NCBI GenBank assembly: GCA_934102335.1
Contig: CAKOSP010000001.1
Span: forward strand, 268,511 to 332,510
Direction: 5' to 3'
Length of the DNA: 64,000 nt
Source of the DNA: an uncultured Bacilli bacterium
GTDB taxonomy: Bacteria > Bacillota_I > Bacilli_A > RF39 > UBA660
The notes beneath the pieces are model-generated. The model saw only the letters and a program-made list of their open reading frames with translations. It ran no database searches and had not been told where the DNA came from. Shown in pieces: positions 1-10,053 of this stretch. Position 1 is the first letter of the stretch. Every line of letters begins with the position of its first letter. Made by a program: the position numbers and the translations under genes.

Positions 1-293
1 TTTGGACTAGGAATTGAGGTATTATTTTCTTTGTTTACAAAATTGGACTCTATCATCAAATTTTCTACTTTATCAATGATATCCAAAAAATCGGATGAAT
101 TTGACAATTCAAAATCTTCCTCATTCTTTTCTAAAATAGACCTTAATAAATCTATTTCATCACTTTTTAATTTTTTTAAAGCTTGATCTACTTGAGACCT
201 TGTATAACCATCAAAAAAATCATAAATGCTATTTTGTTCAACAATGTTATCTTGATTAGATTCATCAGATAACATACTTTTTTCATTATTCAT
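1..293 (-). CDS. hypothetical protein, N-terminal part only (runs off left edge)
   Basis: ATG at 293 preceded by a GGGGGA Shine-Dalgarno (SD). The open frame MNNEKSMLSDESNQDN...KLKSDEIDLL continues to position 1. No family recognised. Confidence 0.4.
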   Translation of the reverse strand, partial: MNNEKSMLSDESNQDNIVEQNSIYDFFDGYTRSQVDQALKKLKSDEIDLLRSILEKNEEDFELSNSSDFLDIIDKVENLMIESNFVNKENNTSIPSP

Positions 294-379
294 ATAATCC
301 CCCAATAAAAATATTATTAAATACTTTTTGACACCCTTATACTAACATATTTTTATTTTTTTGCAACAATTATATAATT

Positions 380-814
380 TTAATTAGAAAGAGCTATTGT
401 AATTGGGCCATCATTTTCTATACTTACTAACATATCTGCGCCAAAAACGCCAGAATAAGTATTTACATATTCTTGAAGTTTCTGATTAAAATATTCATAT
501 AATTTTATAGCGTCCTCGCCTTTCATAGCTTCTATATAAGACGGTCTATTGCCCTTTTTAGTATCTGCATATAGTGTAAATTGACTTATTGAAAGAATTT
601 GACCATGAACATCTAAAATAGATTTATTCATAACACCATTTTCATCATCAAATATTCTTAAATTTATAATTTTTTTAACCATTTTATTTACATTATCTTC
701 AGTATCAGAATTCGTAAAGCCCACTAAAATAACTAAACCAAAGTCAATTTTATTTATAAGTTTTTTCTCCACGGAAACACTTGATTTTTTAGATCTTTGA
801 ACTATAACTCTCAT
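380..814 (-). CDS. dtd: D-aminoacyl-tRNA deacylase
   Basis: 144 aa. MRVIVQR...GLVILVGF...SQFTLYADT.KGNRPSY...FGADM are typical Dtd motifs. Lies directly downstream of rel, as in B. subtilis. Confidence 0.9.
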   Translation of the reverse strand: MRVIVQRSKKSSVSVEKKLINKIDFGLVILVGFTNSDTEDNVNKMVKKIINLRIFDDENGVMNKSILDVHGQILSISQFTLYADTKKGNRPSYIEAMKGEDAIKLYEYFNQKLQEYVNTYSGVFGADMLVSIENDGPITIALSN

Positions 815-2922
815 TATATCTCCTTCGTAACATCAGTAACATGTGGTAAAATTCTAAATGCTGATATAGCTTTATCTAAAGTTTCTTTATCCTTAGTTTG
901 GACACATAATTCATACATAATTTCATTATTTTTATTAATAGAATTAAATGATTTTATAATGATTCCTTTTTTAGTAGCAATTTCAATAATTTTTGATAAT
1001 ATATCTTCTTCAATATTCATATGAATATAAATATTTGTTAAAAATGTATTTTTAGTATCATAATTCCACATAACATTTACTACTCTATCTGTTATATCAT
1101 TTACATTTTTACAATTTGCTTTATGAATTTTAATACCTTGATTTTTTGTAATATAACCTACAATATCATCGCCTTTAACTGGTTTACAACATTTAGCCAT
1201 AGTAATTAAAACATCATAATTACCATCAACAATAATATCACCTTTATGATTTATCTCCTTTATATTGCTTTTCTTTTTATCAAGAATAACATCAGTAACG
1301 CTTTCATCTTCATTATTATTCACTAAATTTATAATAAATCCGGCCGTATATCTAAAAGACCCAATAGATAAATACATATCATCTTCATCTTTAAACTTTA
1401 ATTCACCTATAATCTTATTTAATGCTTCTTGAGTAAAAACTTCAGAAAAAGCTAAATGTCTTTTCCTAAGTTCTTTTTCCAAAATATCTTTTCCTTTTAA
1501 TACATATTCTTCATGATCTTTTTTACTAAAATAAGACTTAATTTTAGTTACTGCTTGCGGAGTACGAACAAAAGAAAGCCAATCCTTATTTGGAACACTA
1601 TTAGGATTAGTTTTAATCTTAACTATATCCCCATCTTGTAATTCATATGAAAATGGTACAATAACATCATTTACCAAAGCCCCAATAGTTGTATCACCTA
1701 TTTTTGTATGAATTCTATAAGCAAAATCAATTGGCGTAGAGCCTTTTGGAAGTTCCATAACATCACCTTTAGGCGTATAAACATAAATCATATCGGAAAT
1801 AATTTCTTGCTCAATATCAGCATTTGAACTTTCATTTGATTCTATAATGTTTCTATAAATTTCCAACTTTTGTTCCATTATTGTTTGTGCTTTTTTAGCC
1901 CCTTTTTCTTTATAAGACCAATGTGATGCAATACCTTTTTCAGCTATTTCATCCATTTCATAAGTTCTTACTTGAACCTCAAACACTTTACCGTCAACAC
2001 CAAATACAGTAGTATGTAAAGACTGATACATATTTTCTTTTGGTTGAGCTATATAATCTTTAAATCTATTAGGAACAGGTCTAAATTTAGAGTGTATAAG
2101 ACCAATTACTGTGTAACATTCAGATATTTTATCTACAAAAATTCTTAAAGCTAAAATATCATAAATATCATTCCATTTTTTGCCATTACTTAATTTGTTA
2201 TAAATACTATAAACGCTCTTAACTCTACCTTTAATTTCAAATTTAATATTATTCTCATTTAAAAGATCAATTAAAGATTCTTTCATATCCTCAAGAGAAT
2301 CATTTAATTCTTCAACTGTGTCATTTAACTTTTCGACAATATCAGCATATGCGTCTGGTTTTAGATAGTATAAACAAAGATTCTCTAACTCACTTTTTAT
2401 AGAGTTTATACCTAATCTATGAGCTATAGGAATTAAAACATCCATAGTTTCTCTAGCTTTTTGTTTTTGTTTAGCAGGATTAACAGCCCAGTTAGTACGC
2501 ATGTTATGCAATCTATCAGCTAATTTTATATAAAGAACTCTTACATCCTCACTCATTCCTACTAAGACTTTTCTTAAATATATTTTACTTGATTCAGATT
2601 CATCTGGTAATTCAAGTTTATTTATTTTTGAAACAGAATCAACTATTTTAGCAATATTTTCTCCAAATTCTTCATTCAGTTTTTCATAACTAGAATGTCC
2701 ATTATTTATAACTTCATGTAATAATGCTCCCATTATTGTTATATAATCGACATTTAAATCAACTAAAATATTTGCTACCTCTAAAGGATGAGTTATATAA
2801 TCATCATTTGTAAGTCTTTTCATACCTTTATGATTTTCTAAAGCATATAAATAAGCCTTGTGAATTTTATCAATATTAGTTTTATCTTTTATTTTATCTT
2901 CTAATTTTTCTATCGTAATCAT
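814..2922 (-). CDS. rel: long RSH (p)ppGpp synthetase Rel, with a substituted hydrolase motif
   Basis: 702 aa. Has the HD-domain start HPLEVANIL, ADRLHNMRT, the synthetase motifs RFKDYIA and YQSLHTTV, and TGS and ACT-like C-terminal regions. Confidence 0.9.
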   Translation of the reverse strand: MITIEKLEDKIKDKTNIDKIHKAYLYALENHKGMKRLTNDDYITHPLEVANILVDLNVDYITIMGALLHEVINNGHSSYEKLNEEFGENIAKIVDSVSKINKLELPDESESSKIYLRKVLVGMSEDVRVLYIKLADRLHNMRTNWAVNPAKQKQKARETMDVLIPIAHRLGINSIKSELENLCLYYLKPDAYADIVEKLNDTVEELNDSLEDMKESLIDLLNENNIKFEIKGRVKSVYSIYNKLSNGKKWNDIYDILALRIFVDKISECYTVIGLIHSKFRPVPNRFKDYIAQPKENMYQSLHTTVFGVDGKVFEVQVRTYEMDEIAEKGIASHWSYKEKGAKKAQTIMEQKLEIYRNIIESNESSNADIEQEIISDMIYVYTPKGDVMELPKGSTPIDFAYRIHTKIGDTTIGALVNDVIVPFSYELQDGDIVKIKTNPNSVPNKDWLSFVRTPQAVTKIKSYFSKKDHEEYVLKGKDILEKELRKRHLAFSEVFTQEALNKIIGELKFKDEDDMYLSIGSFRYTAGFIINLVNNNEDESVTDVILDKKKSNIKEINHKGDIIVDGNYDVLITMAKCCKPVKGDDIVGYITKNQGIKIHKANCKNVNDITDRVVNVMWNYDTKNTFLTNIYIHMNIEEDILSKIIEIATKKGIIIKSFNSINKNNEIMYELCVQTKDKETLDKAISAFRILPHVTDVTKEI

Positions 2923-3179
2923 TATTTTGCCACCTGTTTTAAATTTTTTATGTAAAAGTATATGCTATCATCATTCGAATTTAAAATATCAGAAACCATA
3001 TCATATAAAGTTAAATTCTTTTTATCTTTCCAAATATTATTTTTTAAATAATTCCATATATCTAACTCAGTAATATTAGATTTAAATAAATTATTGATAC
3101 TCTGCTTTTTGGTAGTTAAAGCTGGAAATAAACGTTTATATAATTCGGTAATTGTCTTAAATTTAATTTCTTCCATCAA
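2922..3179 (-). CDS. ComN/YrzD-like post-transcriptional regulator family protein
   Basis: 85 aa. The ITELDIWNYL...W......L.DMVSDIL pattern resembles the YrzD family as I recall it. Stop overlaps the rel start. Confidence 0.45.
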   Translation of the reverse strand: MMEEIKFKTITELYKRLFPALTTKKQSINNLFKSNITELDIWNYLKNNIWKDKKNLTLYDMVSDILNSNDDSIYFYIKNLKQVAK

Positions 3180-3243
3180 ATATCAAATCCTTTTTCATAT
3201 ATTTATTATATAACAATTAAAGTTTTTTTAAAAGGAGAAATGG

Positions 3244-4545
3244 ATGTTGAAAAAACGTAATATTTATTTTAAATCTACTATTTATTTAATAATTGGAGGC
3301 TTTATAACTCGTAGTTTAGGATTTATTATCAAAATCATTTATTCAAGAATACTAAAAGATGAAGGAATTGGTTTACTAACAATTGTTATGCCAACATATT
3401 CCATCTTATTAACTATAACTTCTTTAGCACTACCAATAGCTTTATCAAAATTGGTAGCCGAAAATAAAAAAAGATTTGTAAAACTAATGAGTAATTCTAC
3501 TATTATTGTATTAATAGTTAATTTCTTAGTAATCATTTTAATGATTATATTCAGTGATTTTATTGCAAATAACTTATTGCATGAACCACGATGTAAAGGT
3601 CTATTAATAGCTATGAGTTTTACCTTTCCATTTGTTTCTGCATCTTCAATAATTAAAGGTTATTTTAATGGAAAGCAAAGAACTTTACCATATATGATTT
3701 CTAATGTTTTAGAACAATTATTAAGACTTATCATAATAATTATTGTAATTCCCATACTATATCAAAAATCAGTCTATCTTGCAGTAAAGGGACTGCTTTT
3801 AATGTCCATTATTTCTGAAATTTTCAGTATAGTAGTCTTTATGTTTTTTATTCCTAAAAACGTTAAAATTGATTTAAAAACTCTAAAACCTGATTTTGAA
3901 ACCCAAAAAGATATCTTAAACATTGCTATACCTACAGTTTCCGGAAGGGTTATTGGCAATATTGGATACTTTTTAGAACCAATAATTTTAACTAATTTAT
4001 TACTTTTAATGGGTTATTCAAATGAATATATAATAATGGAATACGGATTTTATAATGCCTATTCACTATCTTTATTAACAATGCCATTATTTTTCATAGC
4101 AGCTATTTCTAACACTATTATTCCTGAAATAAGCAAATATCGAGAATTAAGAAACGATTTTATGGTAAAAAGAAGAATAAAGCAAAGCCTTTTATCTGTT
4201 TTCTTAGTAGGAGTTTTCTTTTCAATTATCATTATTATTTTCAGAATACCACTTTTAAAATTACTTTATAATACCACTAATGGTGCTAATTATATTTTAA
4301 TTCTTGCTCCGTTCTTTGCTTTATTTTATTTAGAAAGTGTTTTATATTCTGTATTACAAGCTAGTGGCTTTGCCAAAAAAGCTATGACAATTTCTTTAAA
4401 TGGGGTAATAGTAAAACTTCTAAGCATGTCCTTATTGTGTTTATTAAAAACAGGAATGTATTCTCTAGTTATAGCCGAAATAATTAATATTTTAACTGTA
4501 GTTTTCTTAAACTTTAAAACCATAAAAAAAGAAAAATTAATTTAA
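3244..4545 (+). CDS. MOP-superfamily polysaccharide/lipid II flippase (SpoVB/MurJ-like)
   Basis: 433 aa, about 12 hydrophobic segments, good SD (AAAGGAGAAA). In B. subtilis spoVB lies near yrzD/relA. Confidence 0.6.
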   Translation: MLKKRNIYFKSTIYLIIGGFITRSLGFIIKIIYSRILKDEGIGLLTIVMPTYSILLTITSLALPIALSKLVAENKKRFVKLMSNSTIIVLIVNFLVIILMIIFSDFIANNLLHEPRCKGLLIAMSFTFPFVSASSIIKGYFNGKQRTLPYMISNVLEQLLRLIIIIIVIPILYQKSVYLAVKGLLLMSIISEIFSIVVFMFFIPKNVKIDLKTLKPDFETQKDILNIAIPTVSGRVIGNIGYFLEPIILTNLLLLMGYSNEYIIMEYGFYNAYSLSLLTMPLFFIAAISNTIIPEISKYRELRNDFMVKRRIKQSLLSVFLVGVFFSIIIIIFRIPLLKLLYNTTNGANYILILAPFFALFYLESVLYSVLQASGFAKKAMTISLNGVIVKLLSMSLLCLLKTGMYSLVIAEIINILTVVFLNFKTIKKEKLI

Positions 4546-7085
4546 TTTTCCTTTTTATAAGTTTCTTTTATTTCCAATATATAATTTAAAGCTTCCATCG
4601 GAGTGGTATTTAAAGGATCAATTTTTTCAATTAAATCTGCAAGTTTACTTGTTTTCTTTTCTTCAAAAGGTAATTGCATCTGTACTCCACTATTTACACT
4701 TTCTTTTTTAGCTTTAGTTTCATAAGCAGATAAAATCTCATCAGCTCTTTTTAAAAGTTCATCAGGCATACCAGCTAATTTTGCAACATGTATACCATAA
4801 CTTTTATCTACAGCACCATTTTTTATCTTATGTAAAAATGTTAATTTATCATTATCTTCCACTGCTGAAACATGAATATTTTTTATTGTATGCATTTTTT
4901 TACTTAATTCTGTTAACTCATGATAATGAGTAGAAAATAAAGTAAAGCATTTAATTTTCTCACTTACATACTCTAAAATAGATCTTGCTAAAGCCATACC
5001 ATCATAAGTAGCAGTACCACGTCCTAATTCATCAAACAATATCAAACTATCTTCTGTGGCATTAACTAAGGCACGCTTAGCTTCTTTCATTTCTACCATA
5101 AATGTGGACTCGCCACTTACTAAGTCATCACTAGCCCCTATTCTAGTAAAAATTCTATCTATAATAGGTAAATTAGCTTTTTTAGCAGGAACAAAAGATC
5201 CCATTTGAGCCATAATTGCTATAATTGCATTTTGCCTCATATAAGTTGATTTTCCTGACATATTCGGGCCAGTTATTAAAAGCGTTGTGCTATTTTTATC
5301 CATATAACAATCATTAGCTACATATTCGGTTTTTAATACTTGTTCAACAACTGGATGTCTTCCATCAACAATTTCAAATATATGTTGAGTATTAAGAGTA
5401 GGTCTTACAAAAGAATACTCATCTGCCACTATAGAAAGAGAAACAATTGCATCTATATCACTAATAACATCAGCCGTATTTTTAATATCTAATATAGACT
5501 TCTTAATCGTTTCCTTTATTTCCATAAATAATTTATATTCTAATTCAATAATTTTTTCTTCAGCATTTAATATTAATGATTCTTTTTCTTTCAATTCTGG
5601 CGATATATATCTTTCAGCATTGGTTAAAGTTTGTCTTCTTTCAAATCCGAATTCCGGTTTTATCTCTGCTACTTGTCCTTTTGGAACTTCTATATAGTAA
5701 CCAAAAATCTTATTATAGCCAATTTTTAAATTTTTAATTCCGGTTTCTTCTTTTATTTTCGCTTCAAAATTAGCAACAAAATCTTTTCCACCACTTCGAA
5801 TAGACTTTAACTCATCTAACTCAGAATTATAACCGGATTTTATTATTCCTCCCTCTTTTATAGTGAAAGGAGCATCTTCAGATATAGATTTTTCAAGTAA
5901 TAGAAAAATATCTTCATGAGTATTAATATCATATTTAAAACCAATTTTTGCAATTAATTGTTTTATTTTAGGAAGAACCTTTAAACTATTTTTTAATTGT
6001 AATAAATCCTTTCCATTTAAAGACCCATTAGTAAATTTACCAGTTAATCTGCCTAAATCATATATTTCATATAATTCATTTCTTAATTCATCTCTTAAAA
6101 TAAATTCAGTATTTAATTTTTCAATTTTGTCGTATCTTTTATTTAGCTCGTTTATATCCTTTAGCGGATTCATCAACCAAGATTTTAATTTTCTAGATCC
6201 CATTGCAGTTTTACACTTATCCAAAAGCCATATTAAAGAATAAGTTCTATCTTTTAATCTTAATGTTTCCAAAAGTTCTAGATTCCTAACAGCATATATA
6301 TCCATTTCAAGATAATCTATTTTATTTATTATATTAACATGATTAACATGAGATAGATCCTTTAATTGATCAACTTTTAAATAATAAAACAAATGCTTTA
6401 TACCAAGTTTTACTCTAGTATCTAAAGTATCATCAAACCAAGTTATATCACTATCATCTAAGGTAGAATTGCAAATATCAATTTCTAATCCATAATTATT
6501 TCTTAAAACGCTTATTAAATTAGTATCAAGATTATTTAAAAGTACTAATTCTTTAATTCCCAAATTAATTATTTCATTCATAGCTGTTTCTTCATTACTA
6601 GCTAATCTATAACTTGATAAATTACCAGTAGATATATCCAATGTCGTCAAAATATATATATCATTAAACTTTATTAAACTGGCTATTAAAGATTCACTAT
6701 GTTCATCAAGCATTTCAAAATCTGCAATAGTTCCTTTACTAACTACACTAGTAACTCCTCTTTTTACCATACCAGTTGCAGTCTTAGGATCTTCAAGTTG
6801 CTCAACAATAACAACCTTATAACCCTTATTTACTAGTTTTTCCATATATTGTTTAACAGCATGATGAGGAACTCCACACATTGGTACTTTTTCTTCTAAT
6901 CCTGCAACTTTACCAGTAAGCGTTAATTCTAACTCTCTAGAAGCTGTTTCTGCATCTTCGAAAAATAGTTCATAAAAATCACCCAAACGAAATAAAATCA
7001 AATCATTGGGATATTTATCTTTTGTTTCCATCCATTGTAACATCATGGGGCTTAATTTTTTTCTGTCTACTTCATTACGTTTCAT
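4542..7085 (-). CDS. mutS: DNA mismatch repair protein MutS
   Basis: Motifs FRLGDFYELFFEDA, Walker A GPNMSGKST and STFMVEM. Start taken at the ATG (MKRNEV); the ORF track begins 9 nt upstream at a GTG. Confidence 0.93.
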   Translation of the reverse strand: MKRNEVDRKKLSPMMLQWMETKDKYPNDLILFRLGDFYELFFEDAETASRELELTLTGKVAGLEEKVPMCGVPHHAVKQYMEKLVNKGYKVVIVEQLEDPKTATGMVKRGVTSVVSKGTIADFEMLDEHSESLIASLIKFNDIYILTTLDISTGNLSSYRLASNEETAMNEIINLGIKELVLLNNLDTNLISVLRNNYGLEIDICNSTLDDSDITWFDDTLDTRVKLGIKHLFYYLKVDQLKDLSHVNHVNIINKIDYLEMDIYAVRNLELLETLRLKDRTYSLIWLLDKCKTAMGSRKLKSWLMNPLKDINELNKRYDKIEKLNTEFILRDELRNELYEIYDLGRLTGKFTNGSLNGKDLLQLKNSLKVLPKIKQLIAKIGFKYDINTHEDIFLLLEKSISEDAPFTIKEGGIIKSGYNSELDELKSIRSGGKDFVANFEAKIKEETGIKNLKIGYNKIFGYYIEVPKGQVAEIKPEFGFERRQTLTNAERYISPELKEKESLILNAEEKIIELEYKLFMEIKETIKKSILDIKNTADVISDIDAIVSLSIVADEYSFVRPTLNTQHIFEIVDGRHPVVEQVLKTEYVANDCYMDKNSTTLLITGPNMSGKSTYMRQNAIIAIMAQMGSFVPAKKANLPIIDRIFTRIGASDDLVSGESTFMVEMKEAKRALVNATEDSLILFDELGRGTATYDGMALARSILEYVSEKIKCFTLFSTHYHELTELSKKMHTIKNIHVSAVEDNDKLTFLHKIKNGAVDKSYGIHVAKLAGMPDELLKRADEILSAYETKAKKESVNSGVQMQLPFEEKKTSKLADLIEKIDPLNTTPMEALNYILEIKETYKKEN

Positions 7086-7166
7086 ATTCCACACTCGTTA
7101 AAATATTATACCACTTATATAATTACTTTCAAAGAAAAAAATCACTGAATTAATCAATGATTTTCT

Positions 7167-8180
7167 TTAATTTAATGTTTTTAAATAATCAAGTGCCTCA
7201 TCAAATGTTGATACACTTATAAGTTTTATATCAAGTTTATATTCCTCTTTTACCGTTACAGCCTCAGCATAATTTTCTTTAGGGCACAAAAATATATCCG
7301 CCTTTTTATTTGCTGCCCCAATCAATTTATATTTTACGCCATCAATTTCCCCAACTGTACCATCTAAAGAAATAGTTCCTGTGCCAATAATGGTTTTACC
7401 ATGGGTAATATCATCATTTACTAATGCATTATAAATAGCTAAGCTTAACATTAAACCTCCACTTGTACCAGCTTCAGAAGTTTTTTGAGTCACTTTTATT
7501 TTAGGATCTGTATTATATTCATATGTTGTAAAAGCACCTATTCCAATTTTTAAGTTTCCTTGGGCATCAAGATATACTTTAGCAGTTGCCTCAACTATTT
7601 TATTATCCCTTTCCACTTGCAAGTTTAAAACATCATTTTCTTTTGATGCTGATACAACCTCAATAATATCAGAAACATTTTTTATATCTTTATTCTCAAC
7701 TTTTTTTATAACATCTAAAAGTTTAACTGTCGTATCTGCCTCATCAGTTATATAAAAAACAGTAGCATTTTCCTGAGTTATTTCTAAGTATTTATTAGCT
7801 TTTTTATATGCCAATATTGTAGCAACATCTATTGAACTTTGCATTTGGTGTCTTTCAATTTCCATAGTTTGTTCAATGTTTTGATTTTTTAAGGAAGCCT
7901 CTTCTTCTTTTTTTATATCCCAATCAGGAATTATTAAAGATAACAAAATATTAGGTAAATTTCCTCTTCTCATCGTAACATACGCCATTTGTAATTTTCC
8001 ATCATAGTCATTACCATCATCAACTACAATTCTATCTTTTAAATTAATTGCTCCACCTGGGCAATATATAACATAAGGAAATTTATAAAAACTTATAAAT
8101 AAGACTACAATCCACAACAATATTAATTTATAGTAATTTTTAATAATTTTTTTTACAAATTCATATACTTTATTAAACAT
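7167..8180 (-). CDS. YlbL-like membrane-anchored PDZ/Lon-type S16 serine protease
   Basis: N-terminal TM segment. C-terminal Lon-protease-like motifs GTSGGLML and GVKYKLIGAA (Ser-Lys dyad context). Confidence 0.65.
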   Translation of the reverse strand: MFNKVYEFVKKIIKNYYKLILLWIVVLFISFYKFPYVIYCPGGAINLKDRIVVDDGNDYDGKLQMAYVTMRRGNLPNILLSLIIPDWDIKKEEEASLKNQNIEQTMEIERHQMQSSIDVATILAYKKANKYLEITQENATVFYITDEADTTVKLLDVIKKVENKDIKNVSDIIEVVSASKENDVLNLQVERDNKIVEATAKVYLDAQGNLKIGIGAFTTYEYNTDPKIKVTQKTSEAGTSGGLMLSLAIYNALVNDDITHGKTIIGTGTISLDGTVGEIDGVKYKLIGAANKKADIFLCPKENYAEAVTVKEEYKLDIKLISVSTFDEALDYLKTLN

Positions 8181-8219
8181 ATAATCACCTTTTTAATTAT
8201 ATCAAAGAATGGAGTTTTT

Positions 8220-9077
8220 ATGAAAAAAAATTGGAAGAACTTATTAATAAACTTATTTTTAATATTTTTTTTAGTTTTAGCTTTTAAAAATAAAGAATTA
8301 ATAGCATATTACGCAATTGAAGGAATAAATTTATATTTACTAAAGGTTTTTCCTTTTTTATTTATCATGATTATATTAGAAAATCTATTAATAAATTATG
8401 GAATTCTAAATTATATTAAAAAACCTAAAATTGTTATAATTTTATTATTTCTATTGGGAGGATCTCCAACCAGTGCTATATTATTAAATGATTTAGTAAA
8501 AAATAATTCTATAGATGACAAAACTGCTAATAAAATGCTAAAATATTCATATTTTTCTAACCCATTATTTTGTTATTATATGCTATACAACATATTTTTA
8601 AATAAAAATCTAGTTATAAAAATAATATTGTCACACTACTTAAGTAATATATTTATAAGTTTAATACATAAAGATAAAATATATTACTCAAAAAATAAAA
8701 ATACAAATAACCTTGGTACAAATATCATAAGTAGTATTAAAAAAAGTGTAGACACTAATTTAATGATTCTAGGTACAATTGTTTTTTTTATGATTTTAAA
8801 TGGAATATTGAATAATGGAAACTCCAATATCAATTTTTTTATAAGTGGAATTATAGAAATAACTCAAGGGTTAAATAAATTAAGCCTTTTGCAAAACAAC
8901 ATTATAAAAATTATTTATGCTATAATTTTCATTAGTTTTGGAGGTTTATCAATACATCTGCAAATATATACTTGCCTAGATTCTAACTCCAATTTAAAAT
9001 ATTCTTCCTTTTTTAAAGGAAGAATATTATGTACTTTAATAAGCATTATTATTTTTATAATATTAACAATTATATGA
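8220..9077 (+). CDS. YlbJ-like sporulation integral membrane protein (nucleoside-recognition/gate-type)
   Basis: 285 aa polytopic protein. N-terminal EGINLYLLKVFPFLF resembles the YlbJ family. Divergent neighbour of the ylbL-like gene, as in B. subtilis. Confidence 0.4.
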   Translation: MKKNWKNLLINLFLIFFLVLAFKNKELIAYYAIEGINLYLLKVFPFLFIMIILENLLINYGILNYIKKPKIVIILLFLLGGSPTSAILLNDLVKNNSIDDKTANKMLKYSYFSNPLFCYYMLYNIFLNKNLVIKIILSHYLSNIFISLIHKDKIYYSKNKNTNNLGTNIISSIKKSVDTNLMILGTIVFFMILNGILNNGNSNINFFISGIIEITQGLNKLSLLQNNIIKIIYAIIFISFGGLSIHLQIYTCLDSNSNLKYSSFFKGRILCTLISIIIFIILTII

Positions 9078-9578
9078 ATAATTAAAATCTATAGGAACAG
9101 TTAAAGAAATATCATCCAAAGGATTATTACCTTCTTCATTTTTTATAATGATATTAATATTTAATATTCCACTTTTTTCATCAATTTTATTTTGACACAT
9201 ATAAGAATTATTAAAATCTATTTTAGCCCCCTTTAATCTCCATTTTGTTTTAACACTATCATGTGATATGTATTCAACAAGATAACCTTCGTTTTCCTGA
9301 TAATATTTAATTTTACCTTTATTGTTATCCGAAAAAAATAAAGTTATATCATTATCTTTTTTTTCAACATCTGCCAATTTATTAGCTATCAAATCATCCT
9401 CAATTGTTTTAATAATTTCTAATCTTATGTTCTGATTTTTAACCGCATAATTTGATTCTGAAGAAAGATTATTAATCTGTGATATTAAACCATACATTAG
9501 CAAAACAACAACAGACATCAAAGAAAGACAGACAAGCATTTCAATTAAACTCATCCCTTTGTTATTTAACGTTTTCAT
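9063..9578 (-). CDS. type IV pilin-like / competence pseudopilin
   Basis: N-terminus NKG|MSLIEMLVCL is a class III (prepilin) signal with Glu at +5. Third gene of an overlapping three-gene operon. Confidence 0.6.
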   Translation of the reverse strand: MKTLNNKGMSLIEMLVCLSLMSVVVLLMYGLISQINNLSSESNYAVKNQNIRLEIIKTIEDDLIANKLADVEKKDNDITLFFSDNNKGKIKYYQENEGYLVEYISHDSVKTKWRLKGAKIDFNNSYMCQNKIDEKSGILNINIIIKNEEGNNPLDDISLTVPIDFNYSYNC

Positions 9579-10053
9579 CTTGGCCCTCCATAACTAAATA
9601 CGGATCCTGCCTCGTACCATTATTTATTAAATCCACATTGTCTTTTAATTTCATAACTATTTTTATACCTTCATCTTCTTTTATATAGCCAGCCAAAGAT
9701 AAATTATTATCATTATAATAATCCTGTTCAAAAATATCTTGATTCTTTATATTATTTATAATCCAATCAGAAACATATTTTTTATAATCAACATCATCAG
9801 TCATCAAAATAGTTTCTGCACTTGTAATTACTTTTTTACCATCAACTATATTTAATTCAAACAAATAGTTATTAATTTTAAGATACTTTTTTTCTTGAAT
9901 GTTAAATTTAAAACTATTTTTTATATCTTCTTTTTGTTTATTTAAAAGTTTTCTATTAGTGCTATATGTTGTAAGAAGCATTAACATTAAAGTTATAAAC
10001 AATACAAATAAAGCAAGCACTATACCAGTAGAAATAAATCCTTTTTTATTCAT
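9562..10053 (-). CDS. pseudopilin-like membrane-anchored protein (no Glu+5)
   Basis: MNKKG|FISTGIVLALFVLF hydrophobic N-terminus. Overlaps both flanking pseudopilin genes. Confidence 0.45.
   Translation of the reverse strand: MNKKGFISTGIVLALFVLFITLMLMLLTTYSTNRKLLNKQKEDIKNSFKFNIQEKKYLKINNYLFELNIVDGKKVITSAETILMTDDVDYKKYVSDWIINNIKNQDIFEQDYYNDNNLSLAGYIKEDEGIKIVMKLKDNVDLINNGTRQDPYLVMEGQDENVK

Noticed and set aside
797-1024. Antisense ORFs inside clearly assigned genes. Examples: 797..1024, 3339..3536, 3774..3959, 4326..4523, 13121..13607, 15250..15654, 18607..18932, 19430..19639, 22521..22712, 29275..29481, 30866..31063, 37751..37969, 40930..43230, 49874..50146, 54550..54735, 59322..59507, 59979..60191, 61617..61901.
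   Set aside because: Each is nested opposite a gene with strong family motifs. In AT-rich DNA the antisense frame often stays open. None has a convincing SD or a recognisable motif.
4542-7085. mutS without an adjacent mutL
   Set aside because: The downstream neighbour is a convergent flippase gene, so mutL is simply encoded elsewhere or lies outside this window. The window gives no evidence of loss.
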